Shown piece by piece: positions 12,635 to 24,726 of a DNA stretch of 64,000 bases (positions are counted from its first letter, which is position 1; every line of letters begins with the position of its first letter). The DNA is taken from positions 17,480,210 to 17,544,209 of the forward strand of contig NC_068985.1 of NCBI RefSeq assembly GCF_001194135.2. Reading direction: 5' to 3'. A program made the position numbers and the translations under genes. Origin of the DNA: Octopus bimaculoides (taxonomy: Eukaryota). The notes below the pieces were generated by a model that was given only the letters and a program-made list of their open reading frames with translations, had not been told where the DNA came from and did no database searches.

Positions 12635-12835
12635 TCAGATGGAGAACTTTTGGAATGTCCTACAAATCTTCACTGTGTCACTAATGGATTGGATTTGAAG
12701 AATCTGCATCAGTTTCTTGTGCTCGTTCTTCGTAAAACCTAGTATTTCTAGGATTTTGTGTGAATTTCTTGGTACATAACTTAATAACACCTATGATGAT
12801 AAGTACAAATGAGAATATGTGTATGTATTCAAAAG
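12635..12835 (-). mobile_element. 3' ORF remnant of an RLE-type (HERO/NeSL/R4-like) non-LTR retrotransposon
   Basis: Minus strand, one frameshift: YIHIFSFVLIIIGV / LSYVPRNSHKILEILGFTKNEHKKLMQILQIQSISDTVKICRTFQKFSI*. This matches the typical C-terminus after the restriction-like endonuclease (PIIIGALGYVP...LQ..S..GTVKICKTF). Confidence 0.7.
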
Positions 12836-13479
12836 CGATTTTAATTAGATCTTAGTGCCAACTTTTAATGATTTGCTACTTGCAGACACCCCATTCTGAA
12901 GGAACCTACATCACACCAAAATATGACCATGTACCACTAGTAGAGAGTACACCCTATCTTAAGAAATACTGACCTACACACCGGGCATTTCTTGTAAATT
13001 TAATCCTGGCCAATAGCACCACAAATGTTTAGCCCCAAAACCCTATTAGCAAAAACTCATATTTGTCCTTTCAAAGCATTCACACCACTAACAAACAAAT
13101 CTTATACAACTTCTACTGCTACCACACAAACTTTGACCGAAAGCACCTATAATGAAATTTATCTATGTGGTTGGTCACTCACCCTGTGAGAAATAACAGT
13201 CAAATTTCCCTCAAACCACACTCTACCATCTTTTGAATAATGTAGTTTGGAGTACACAACGCATGAACAAAAAAAAGTCATAGCTGGAAAGCTTTTCCCT
13301 TTATGTCTACTCTATCAGGGCTGATCTAGGGTGGCTAGACAACACCCTTGACCATAATTTTCAATCTACAATGACCACTTCACATCTTTATCAGATTTAA
13401 TGTATCAGCAAAGGCTTGAAGAACTTCAGCTATAATTCCAATTACATTCACAACATCTTAACAGAATATGTTGCCAAAA

Positions 13480-13610
13480 ACTGAAAACTTGCCATATCCC
13501 TGCAATGTGTTATTGCTTCTAGGGCCTCCATAGCTTGAGGTTGGCAGACAGACATAGGAGGTACATCATATACCAATATCAATAAGAAATGGAACCTATC
13601 TGGTCCAATC
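13480..13610 (+). mobile_element. Highly decayed CR1/L2-group LINE fragment
   Basis: Frame reads LHSLRLADRHRRYIIYQ, resembling the LYSLERRRERY.II motif of the RT C-terminus also seen at 16.9 and 46.0 kb. Confidence 0.35.
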
Positions 13611-13918
13611 TTTCACAAATGTCTTGTAATAATTTCTCCCCCCACCTCATTCTATTATTTATTCACTCCCAACTCAGTGGAGATGTACACTGACTTCCGA
13701 GACCAACAGCTTTTGTAAATCACCTTTTCTCCACAATGAACATGATTTTGTTTCCAATTGAAGAGATAAAGCTAGTTTTATAATTATGATAGGATATTAG
13801 GATATCTCTTTATTCTTCAGTCAACCCAACCCTGTCTCTGGCTTTCTACAACAATAAGCAGGTCTCTTATACCATTTTCTCTTAGTTCCAAAACTTTGGC
13901 TGAACTGCCTTGGATGAT

Positions 13919-13957
<39 letters not shown>

Positions 13958-15046
13958 CGTGGTTTGGAGAGAGAGAGGGGGGGGAGGGAGAAGGGGAAAG
14001 AGTAAAAGAGGAAAGCAAAAGAATGAAAGAACAGAGAAAAGGTGAAACATATGTTTATTTATTCACATCAAAACCAGTTTCAAAGTAAAAAAAAAAATGT
14101 TTCAAAGATGTTTACTGAATATGTGTATAGCGTGTGAGTGTGTGTCTGTGTGTGTGCGCTGCCTGCGCGTAAAAAGAAAAAGTTGGATAGATAGAGATAG
14201 ATAGATAGAAAGAGGAAAGAGAGGCAGACAAAATTTTTCTTCTCTTTTTGTTTTTAATTGTTTTATTTGGGGAGAGGGAGAGAGAGTGAGAGACAGGGGG
14301 AGGGAGGGAGGTCATGAAGCACTCATCACAGACTTTACAGGATGTATGATGAATAATAACTGCCATGTTTGCTTAAACTAACAGAAGAAGAAGAGGAGAA
14401 GAAAAAAGACATCTGTGTAAAAATAACAGTCACTATTGTATTCAGGATAAAAAACTAGCTTTGTCTTCTTCAGTCAGTTCTATAGCTAGTTGAGTATGTT
14501 GGCTTATATTGCCAGTTGGCACTAAATATATAATCATATTTCAGTATAAGCTACAAATTATAAGAAAGGCATTTGTTAGTAGTTTTTGGAACTCAAAAAC
14601 GTATAAACTACTCCTGAATGTTGCCCGTTCTTTTATCTGAGGATTCGTGGCTTTAGTTTTATTAGATAAACAAATGACTGTTGAAATTATTTAAAAATTA
14701 AATAATGATTAACGAATTCCCACTCACAAACCCTATTTCATAAGAAATGTTCATTTAGGTTTTACATTGTACTATATAGTTCACAGAGAGAAACAGGGGT
14801 GAGGAGGGTTTTTTTTTTCTACTTCACACACTGGCCCATTTGAAGAAACACCAGAAATAAAGAATTGTTTAAAGAATCTATATATCATTGGGAAGAAGGA
14901 AGGATTGCTCCTCTTAAGACTTAACCATTCTTCGTTTCTTCAATGTTAAACTGGTATACCTGCTGTGTCTTGTGATAGATAATCTGTGGGGTCAGGCTGA
15001 GTGAGACAAGAGAAATAATAAGAACCACAGAGAAAGTGACAAATTA

Positions 15047-15088
<42 letters not shown>

Positions 15089-16489
15089 TGAATGTATGAG
15101 TGCACGTGCACCGACACAAATGTGTGAGTATATGTGCAGACAAGCGCAATACAAAGTTGAAGAGTAAAAACATTATGAAAATTATTTACAGATTAGAAGA
15201 GAAAAAGAAATATAGAAATGAAATAGGGTGGAAGGGAGAGACTTGTGTATTTATTGTATGTGTGTGTGTGTGTGTAATAGGGTCTGAAATGTAACAGAGT
15301 GCTAGTTGAAGACAAATAAGCAGAGAAAAAGTAGATAAGGAGTTTGAGAGAGAGAGAGAGAGAGAGAAGGAGGGACGGAGGGGGGGGGCATGGGGGATAG
15401 GTAAGAAGAGGATACAGAATAAAATGGATGGCAAAGAGATTTAAAAATTGGATAAGAGACAAACAACAAACAGTTGAATAGCTGGAGAATATGGGCGGAA
15501 TGGAGTTGAAGCCAAGAAAAAGACAGAGTGGGATTTTTGAGAGAAAGAAATATAGAGGTTAAATAAAAGTAGTAGTAGTGGTGGTAGTAATGATGATGGT
15601 GGTGGTGGTGGTGGTGGCAGCAAAAGTTGCTGGAGAAGATAACAACAGCTGTGATGGGGAGGTGGGGCAGGGACAGTAGTAGCAGTAGCAGCAGCAGCAG
15701 CAGAGTGGTTGAAAGTCTTCTGGAGACAAGCATTTAACAACTCAACAAAAATAGTTAGACTTTTGATGAGATCAGGGAAGAGGAAGGGAAACAAAGAAGA
15801 AAAACTGTATAAACTAAAAGTATTTGGAGTAAAATTAGACAGGAAATGTTAGGAAGGAGATGTATAGAAGCCATGGTAGNNNNNNNNNNNNNNNNNNNNN
15901 NNNNNNNNNNNNNNNNNNNNNNNNNNNNNNNNNNNNNNNNNNNNNNNNNNNNNNNNNNNNNNNNNNNNNNNNNNNNNNNNNNNNNNNNNNNNNNNNNNNN
16001 NNNNNNNNNNNNNNNNNNNNNNNNNNNNNNNNNNNNNNNNNNNNNNNNNNNNNNNNNNNNNNNNNNNNNNNNNNNNNNNNNNNNNNNNNNNNNNGCGGTG
16101 TGTGTGTGGGGGGGGGGGTATTCTTGGTACCAACAGTTAGTAGATATGATGAATGCAATATGGAGGTCAGCTTTTTCAGTCACTGCTAGAGAAGATAATA
16201 TTATTCTGCCAAAAGAGATGGTAGCTAGCAATGACAGAGGAAGAGGAGACTAGTAGTGACATGGATACATTTTCCTCAAAACAACACCAGCTATTATCAA
16301 AGTTTATAGCTGAAAAAGAAGGTCATTTGGAATAAGATGACAAATAGCAAAAACTATTACAGAAAAAGATAAATAGCAGAGCTAACGTTCTTGTTTTACA
16401 TGTCTTTACATTAAATTGTCTTTTCCTATATCTCACTAGTATAAGAGCGGTTTATGAACAAGATTTATTTTGCATATATATGTAACTTA

Positions 16490-17030
16490 ATAACTTCGAT
16501 AGGTTTCGGCTAGTATAGGCCCAGGCTATGTCTAACTTAATAGCACCACCTGGTGAAGTCTTTTTAGATTATATATGGGACACCATGGCCCACTCTAACA
16601 AAGAGTTATTATTGTTGGAGGCATATGTGGGTGTACGAGGATGGTCTGGGATTTTTTGGAGAAATTTGTCCAGAGAACTTTTGAATTTTAGGGGATCCGT
16701 TTCCGTTTTGATGTATTTTGGTATGGACCAGTTGAGATAAAGTAATTGTGATGTAATGTTATGTGTCTTGAGTTCGATTTTTGTAGTGGGTGGATAGCAT
16801 GGGGAGGCCAAGTCTTGAGTGAATTTTAAAATTGATGCCAGCATCATTTGTGCAATATTGATGGAATATTTTCCACATCACACAAATGATGTAGTGCTCA
16901 CAGCAGCATTGGAAGAGAGTAGAGATTGAGTCTTTCTTAGATCCCAGTAGTCAATGCCTGTCATGCTATCTATCTTTCTTGTTATTGACCTCTGGAGTGC
17001 TTCCACGTCCATAATGCTTTGCTTTGTGTG
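16490..17030 (-). mobile_element. 3' end of a CR1/L2-group LINE (decayed ORF2 C-terminus plus 3' tail)
   Basis: Reads EHYIICVMWKIFHQYCTNDAGINFKIHPRLG and ...IPKYIKTETDPLKFKSSLDKFLQKIPDHPRTPTYASNNNNSLLEW, then the tail ggtggtgctattaagttagacatagcctgggcctatactagccgaaacctatc. Confidence 0.75.
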
Positions 17031-17166
17031 GGGAGACCACAGTGAACAACTATTTATTCAAGGTGGGGGTCAGGCAAAAGTAGGGTAGAGAAGGATGATG
17101 GTGTGAGCATCTCTAGACCAGAAAGGTCTCAGAATCCAGGAGCACATCCTGCGGGCCAAGATATGA

Positions 17167-17205
<39 letters not shown>

Positions 17206-18212
17206 CCCAAGCTATAGAAAGTGACATTTGTCCAAGATACCACAGAGTGGAAATGAACATGGTACCCTGTGGTTGTGAGACGAACAGCTTAACCACTTGG
17301 CCTTACCGCATGCACATGTAAGAAGTTGCTTCCCAACTGCATGGTTCCACTTTTAGTGTCACTGCATAGCACCTTGGGCAAGTGTCTTCTACTATAGCCC
17401 CAGGACCAACCAGAGCCTTGTGAGTCAATTTGCTAGACAGAAACTGAAAGAAGATCATGATGTGTGTGTGTGTGTGTGGTGTCTGTCTCCAATCACAGCC
17501 TGACAACCAGTGTTGGTTTGTGTATGTCCCAGTAATTTAGTGGTTCAACAATAAGAGACCGAGAGCAAAAGTACCAGGCTTAAAACTAAGTACTGGGGTT
17601 GATGTATTCAACTAAACCCTTCAAAGTGGTGCCCCCAACATAGCTGCAGTCAAAAGACTGAAACAAGGAATAAAGAAATGCACACACACACACACACAGG
17701 GCGCTTGCATAGTTTCCATCTACCAAATTTCATTCACAAGGCACTGGTCAATGTCTTTTACAAACAGCCCAATGCATTGGATTATAGGAAAAGACATTTG
17801 CCAAATGGGACATGCAATGAAATCAAAATGGGACTGCATGGTTGCAAAGCAAAATCTTTAACCATACAGGCATGCCTGTGTCTTCTATAATAGCTTCAGG
17901 CTGACCAGCCCATGTGAGTGAAATTTGGAAGAGGAAACTGTACAGAATTTTGTTGTGTGTGTGTGTGTGTGAAAGTGTTACTTTCATGTGCCTTCACATT
18001 GATACCATTTTAGTAAAAGTGTTGATGTTTGTTTACATACCCATTTGATAACATGTCCTATACTGAAGCTTAGCAGTTTCAATGAATTTCATTGAGTAAA
18101 GACTAGTGAAATACAAATAGCTTAAAACAAAGCTGGTTACAAGAAGGGCATCCAGCTGTAGAACTGTCAATTATAGTAATTATTCTTTTAGTCTCTTTTG
18201 CCAAATGTATTA

Positions 18213-18282
18213 GACTTCACCAAGTGGTGCTATTAAGTTAGACATGGCCTGGGCCTATACTGGCCGAAACCTATCTAAGTTA
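18213..18282 (+). mobile_element. Severely 5'-truncated copy of the same LINE (3' tail only), sitting inside a minus-strand family A SINE
   Basis: Near-identical to the reverse complement of about 16497-16560. Confidence 0.75.
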
Positions 18283-18441
18283 TATGTGACGGGCTTCTTT
18301 CAGTTTCCATCAACCAAATCCATTCACAAGGCTTTGGTCAGCCCGAGACTAGAGTAGAAGACACTTGCTCAAAGTTCCATGCCGTGGGACTGAACCCAAA
18401 ACCACGTGGTTGGGAAATAAGCTTCTTACTACACAGTCACA

Positions 18442-18511
<70 letters not shown>

Positions 18512-19208
18512 CCCATCTTCTCATAAAAGTATAATAAATATGTACACTACAAAAAGTATTCAGTAATTTTTCAGTTTACACAAGATTTTCCTTTAGAGGA
18601 AGACACATGCCACAAAGTACCACCCAATAAGACTGAACTTGAAACCAGGAGTTTAGGCAATGAACTCCTAAACCACACAGCTAAGCCAGCATCTATACAT
18701 ACAGACATACTCATACAATGTTCCTACATTATTTGTTTGTTTGTTTGTTTGTTTCTTTTATTTTTTGGGGGGTTGGTGGAGGTGGGGGTCTTCCTGTGCA
18801 ACATGTACCTTCCACACTTAACATACCATCTTTCCAGCCAATCTTATTCTCCATACCACATGTCTATTTTATTGCCAAAACTATCTGCAAAAGCCTAACA
18901 TTCCACTTTAGGGTTAAACTACTATTCAACCTTGATTAGTTGCTGTTCTTGTACGAAATACAAATAAGTCCCACACTGTTCTGCTTCTCAAACATTTGGA
19001 ACAGTGCAGCTGCTTGCTACACATGCCGACATTAGGGATCAAATCCAAAAGAAGTCATTCACTAATTGGCTGAAATTCATCAACATGCTGCCACCACAAG
19101 AACATCTCTACATTGTGCTGGACTTGTTAAAAAATAGCAACTAAATTCCATCAAATTCTTATCAAAGGATGGTCACATTAGGCAATGTGGATTTCAATCA
19201 GTGTTCCC

Positions 19209-19487
19209 TGGACTGGCTCTTGTGCAGGTGGCACATAAAATACATCATTTTGAATGTGGCCATTGCCAGTACCACCTGACTGGCCTTCGTGCCTGTGGCA
19301 CGTAAAAAGTACCCACTACACTCTCTGAGTGGTTGGCGTTAGGAAGAGCATCCAGCTGTAGAAACTCTGCCAAATCAGATTGGAGCCTGGTGTAGCCATC
19401 TGGTTTCACCAGTCCTCAGTCAAATCGTCCAACTCATGCTAGCATGGAAAGCGGACGTTAAACGACGACGATGATGATGATGATGAT
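19209..19487 (+). mobile_element. Family C repeat, well preserved
   Basis: Near-identical to the reverse complement of 4100-4400; ends in (gac/gat)n. Confidence 0.85.
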
Positions 19488-19709
19488 GTTCTCAACCATT
19501 TTTTATCTATGGGTCCCTTTTATTACTATTTTATTCTGGTGGAACCCCATAGCCATTTGATGTTTAAAAACTAGTTTTATAGATACGTCTTTCTAAATAT
19601 CTATTTTGTTTATCACACATTCACTTGTATTTATTGCATGAAACACATTAAGCAAAATTTTTTCATGAACCCTGTAAATAATACTACGGACCCTAGTTGA
19701 GAACTGCTG
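19488..19709. mobile_element. hAT-like MITE, left end truncated by the family C insertion; related copy starts at 48386
   Basis: gttctcaaccatttt...ggaccctagttgagaactgctg; the copy at 48386 begins cagtggttctcaaccattttc and shares internal sequence. Confidence 0.6.
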
Positions 19710-20144
19710 TTTTAAATGAACGATAAAGATGAGGAAGTCCCAGTTAGGATGTCTTTGATAGTCGGCTTGCTAAGTCAAAGCTGACCAGGGACTAAACAAA
19801 CATGATAACAATTACTAGCCCACAGGCATGTCTTTTGCTTTTCTTTCGTTTTTCACAGCTACCATAATGACCACCTCTCAGCAAACAAGATACACACCAT
19901 CTCTACCAAAATCCTACTTGATGAAGCATCCTGTCCTCCACCCAGCATCTTTACTTTGTCTCATTCACCAAAATCTCACACAGAGCACTCTTTCCCTTCT
20001 TTCCTACACTGAAACACATCACTCTTGGTTTTACTGTTGTACATATTGTCCAAGATATACTTAGCCAGCTGACATGAGAAATGGCAAGGTGTTGAGCATT
20101 CCTCTTTTTAAATGGATTCAATACTAGTATCAGTAACATTCTGA

Positions 20145-20189
<45 letters not shown>

Positions 20190-20349
20190 AATAAAGAAGC
20201 ATTGCAGTACTTAATTACATTTTTTGTGCATTCAAGGTTCAAATCCTGCTGGAGCTGGCTTTATGCCATGCACTGGTGTTGATTCAATTAGCAACACTTC
20301 TTCCCCAAAATTTGAGGAATTATACCAAAGTCAAATATCACAATCATTA

Positions 20350-20411
<62 letters not shown>

Positions 20412-22336
20412 ACAAGTGCAGGAGTGTTTGTGTGGTTAAGAAGCTTATTTCTCATGCACATGGCTTTGGGTTCAGTCTTACTGAGTAGCACCATGGGCAA
20501 GTGTCTTTTGTTATAGCTCCAAGCAGAACAAAACCTTGTGAATGGATTTGGTAGACAAGAAACAGTGTGTGTGTGTGTGAGTGAATGTTTCTCTGTGTAT
20601 CATTGTTTTGATGCCACATGATAGCTGTAAATGAGCATCACAGTGCTGTTCATTTCCAATATTCTGCAAAAACATGTCCTGGCCATGGCAAAATATTACA
20701 TTATTTGAAAACAGGAAAGAGATGGCAAAAGGAAGAGCATCTAGCTGTAGAATATGTCTCAATAAATTCCATCTGACATTAAAAATGGACACTAAAAAAT
20801 GATGATGATGACGATGGTATATTAGGACAGTGAAATAGCAGAAGCATGAAAACCTCAGTTTAAATGCCTTGCTGTATTTAATTACAAAGTGTAACAGTCC
20901 TGCTGCAATTTGATCTACAATATAATGCAAACTATTGTATACAACATCCTTTTCATCATAACAGGTTACACATACACTACATCCATAGACCACCTAGCCA
21001 GCAATAAAAATGCCACTAAATGGCCACTCAACTTGCTAGAAATAACAGCCAAATCTCCCTCAAAACACTGCTGTCTTGACAAAAGATATGTAGAACAATG
21101 ACACCAAAGATATGCCTTTGGGTGTAGACCTATCCAGTCAGAGTTGACCAGGGTTAAATAATAACAACAACAACAACAATCTACACAGCAAAGTAAAATA
21201 CTTAAATCAAAGAAGTAATTATAAATGTGAGGAGATCAGTTAATGGCAGCAAATTGCTCCAAACCACATAGCTGTTCCCATCTCTCTCCCTCCCAACAGC
21301 TCCATGATAAACCAACTACAAGTACCTTGAATGCTCTTGAACACCTCCGCAAGAAAACTTTAAATGGAACATGACTTGTTGTTGCTGATGCTAGAAACTC
21401 TACTACAGTCAATTGCACTTAAGAAAAGGTTATTTTAGTTTAGTTTGTTGTTGAATCTAAACAATCAACATTTATTTAATGTGAAAAAAACTATATTTTA
21501 CAGTTCAGGAGTGTTTTGGAAAACTGATAACAATCTCTGCTTCCTATGATGTTTGAACAATATAGGTAAGAATATTTGAAAATTCTAAACACACTTTCTG
21601 TAAACAGAAAGCTTCCTCAGGAGATAATCATTGAAAAACTGAAATGAAAAGGAGTTCTTAATAAAGCAGTGATCCAGTATGAGCTTAGCCATGTCGGCTA
21701 AGACAAAATTTAAGAATATTAACTGATAAGCAATGATAATCTTTAACAAAGCAAATAAATTAAAAAAAGATTTTTTTACGTCTGAGTAATGCTTAATGTC
21801 TCACTGAAGACACCTCACTTACTCAGCTTCTATATGTAGCTTTAATTGATAAGCGATCTCAATACTTCTTACCAAATCTATGTATTGATCTCTAAGGTAG
21901 TCTACAATAAGGACTTACAAATTTCATTTTACAGCTCTCCATCAGCTGTAGAAATATGATGCTACGTTTGTGTGTGCATATGTGGTTATATGGTTCTCAG
22001 CCATATGGTTTCAGGTTCAGTCCTATTGTACAGCATCTTAGGTAAGAGTCTTCTACTAAAGCCCTAGGCTGACCAGAGCCTTCTGAGTGGATTTAGAGGA
22101 GGAAACTGAAAGAAGCCCATTATGTGTGTTTGTGTGTGTACACCCGTGTCTTAACATCACTGTCATACAAGTGATGCTGATCCATTTCCAGTCTTCTGTG
22201 AAAAACATGTCTCTCAATGGGAAAATATTACCTTGTTTGGAAACAGGAGAGGGTTGGCAGTAGGGAGGGCATCGAACTGTAGAAAATCTGCCTCAACAAA
22301 TTCTACTTGACCCAGGCATGGAAAAGTGCACATTAA

Positions 22337-22372
<36 letters not shown>

Positions 22373-24469
22373 GCAACAATGATAAAGATGATGATCACAT
22401 ACTTCAACATCTCTTCTAAGCAACAATAGTCAGCTAAAACCTTTACACTTCTTACATATGTCAAGCCTAACAATTTCTGACATTCTTATGGAAGCCATAC
22501 ATATTCTATACATCTATCTAAGATTGTATAACAAAGGCTTGACTTCCAAACTTAAGAGTGGTTCTCCAGTGGCCATAACACACAATGGTTTAAACAAGTT
22601 AAGAAAACTTAAATAAATGAAATGCTGAAGCAAATGAATATTCCCTAGCTGTCAGCAAATCTCATCACATTATATCAAATGTGTCCCTATTTACATCTTA
22701 AACTATTTTACAATAAGGTCCACAGTCTTATCTTGATAAGATTAGAAGGTACTTTTAGATTTATCCTCAACATATTCAGTGAAAAAGATAGCTAAGAGGT
22801 TTTAATGATAAAGGAATTTTTCTTCCTCTCTCTCACATATGTGTGTGTGTTGAGAGAGAAAGAGAAGGATGTATTTTTTTCCATCTGGAAATAATTTTGC
22901 TTGGATCTTTTTTTTAAATTTTTTTTTTTTTAATACTATAGTATGACAGCTTAGGAAGAATATTTCTTGAAAATTAAAGAATCTCATATATTTTGTGAGC
23001 AGAAATTATTACAATAAAAGAAATTGCTTTTGTTGGAGGCAATGACATGTACTGAATAAAAGGAAATGAAAGTTAAAGAAAAAGAAAACAACAAAAACAA
23101 AAATATACAAAACAAATATGTAAAGAGGAAGAAACTATTCAGAAAGAAGCGAATAAAAAGAGGAATTTGTAAAAAAAAATGAAAGCTTGTTATTTAAAAC
23201 TAAATTATCAAAGATTTGAATTATAATTTAGTTTCATTTCTTTTATTGAAACAAATATCTGTTGTATCTCTCATCTCTGAATCAATTTCTTTATAACAAA
23301 GAAACAGTTAACCAATTAAGTTATATAGTGACAAAAGGCACTTTTAGAAATTATCTGTGTATGAACACAGCAAATTCACTTGAGATATTAATATGAATTT
23401 GAATATCTTTCTGCTCTTTGGAAGTACATGTGATTCAAGCCATGTTTGTGAGGCAGAAGCATAACTGGTTCATTTGACATCAACATGACTTGCCACTACA
23501 GGTTCCAATCCATGTTGCAGCATGGAGGCTTGTAGGCATCAATATCCCTGCGACTTATTCCAGCAGAACACAAGCTCCTGGCAGGGCCTCCCATGCTGGA
23601 CAGGTCAAAGATACAGATCAGATGAATATGGACCACCTCTTCCTAGAGGTAAAAATGTGTCTGCATTGGGCCAACTACCTATTTAGGAAAAAAGCTAAGT
23701 TACAGAAGCATTGATCATAATTCAAAACCAACAAGACCAGGGAGAGGAAATCCTTATCTCAGGGAAACACATGATGCAGTGCAGTAACATCTGAAAGGAA
23801 GCTGCAAGGTCACAGAGCTGAGAAAGTATGGATCCAATTGGAGAGACAGTCCAGAATCATTAACAGAGGAAAAAGGTCGTTGAAGGTTTACGTTATGTGG
23901 GAAACAAAGGGCTTAAGTAAAGGTATAACTTGAGTAATTAAATTGTTTAACTGTTAAATTTCATCATCATTTTACAGTTTTCCCTTCTTGTTTGATAACT
24001 TAATGAATGTTCTTCGAAATATTGTCTCACTACTTCTTACAGTCCCTTGTCATCTTCTGAGTGATGTTCGGTCCCTAAATTTCACCACTTTTTCATATGT
24101 GATCCTCTACTGCAAGTTCTGATCAGTTAGATCATATTATCAATGACTTCTAAGAAACCCTCTGACTATTTAAAAGAACTCATTTAATGAGTTCTCTTAC
24201 TACTATGCTAACATACAAAGCCCTTTTCTATCAGCCTGCCTGTGATCTAACAGCATTTCTTGTGCACACCTGTAGATTATATTGGGTACTCCATAAGAAA
24301 TTCTTATCAACTCATTTTCTGCATATCAAATATGGCTGCTTCCTGGATGGCAGTAGAGTCATATTTTTGTCTTAGTAAAATCTTTTTATGTTGTCAGATT
24401 TACTTCAAAACTTCTAGGCTTTACATTATTTACATTTGACGGATATTCGTCCTCATCTTGTTTGTTGTT

Positions 24470-24515
24470 AACACAACGTTTCGGCTGATATACCCTCCAG
24501 CCTTCGTCAGGTGTC
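24470..24515 (-). ncRNA. Minimal type I hammerhead ribozyme motif (identical copy, sense to the PSKH1-like pre-mRNA)
   Basis: Exact reverse complement of 24681-24726. Confidence 0.75.
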
Positions 24516-24586
24516 TTGGGGAAATTTCGAACCTGGGTTCTCATTCCTATCGATGTTACTATTATTATTATTATTATAATTAATCA

Positions 24587-24659
24587 GGTCGCTGCCGTGA
24601 ATCGAACTCGGAACCTTGGGGTTAGTAGCCCGTGCTCTTAACCACTACGCCATATGCCC
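24587..24659 (-). other. tRNA-derived Pol III promoter head (SINE-type, not a functional tRNA)
   Basis: GGGCATATGGCGTAGTGGTTAAGAGCACGGGCTACTAACCCCAAGGTTCCGAGTTCGATTCACGGCAGCGAC: A box TGGCGTAGTGG, B box GAGTTCGATTC, anticodon-like hairpin GGG-CTACTAA-CCC; the acceptor stem does not pair. Confidence 0.8.
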
Positions 24660-24680
24660 GTGTTCGAAAAATTTCCCCAA

Positions 24681-24726
24681 GACACCTGACGAAGGCTGGA
24701 GGGTATATCAGCCGAAACGTTGTGTT
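24681..24726 (+). ncRNA. Minimal type I hammerhead ribozyme motif
   Basis: GACAC-CUGACGA-A-GGCUG(gaggguauau)CAGCC-GAAA-CG-UU-GUGUU: stem I GACAC/GUGUU, intact core, 5-bp stem II, palindromic ACGU stem III, GUU triplet. Confidence 0.75.

Noticed and set aside
15370-15400. G-rich tract as a functional G-quadruplex
   Set aside because: Part of a compound purine-rich microsatellite region; similar tracts at 13975 and 51740; no evidence of function.
21300-21375. Plus-strand acceptor followed by LHDKPTTSTLNALEHLRKKTLNGT*
   Set aside because: No recognisable similarity and no supporting upstream exon; compatible with chance.
24587-24659. tRNA gene with an ACT anticodon
   Set aside because: The acceptor stem does not pair and the sequence is embedded in a TSD-flanked element; it is a SINE head. 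The same applies to the other tRNA-like heads.
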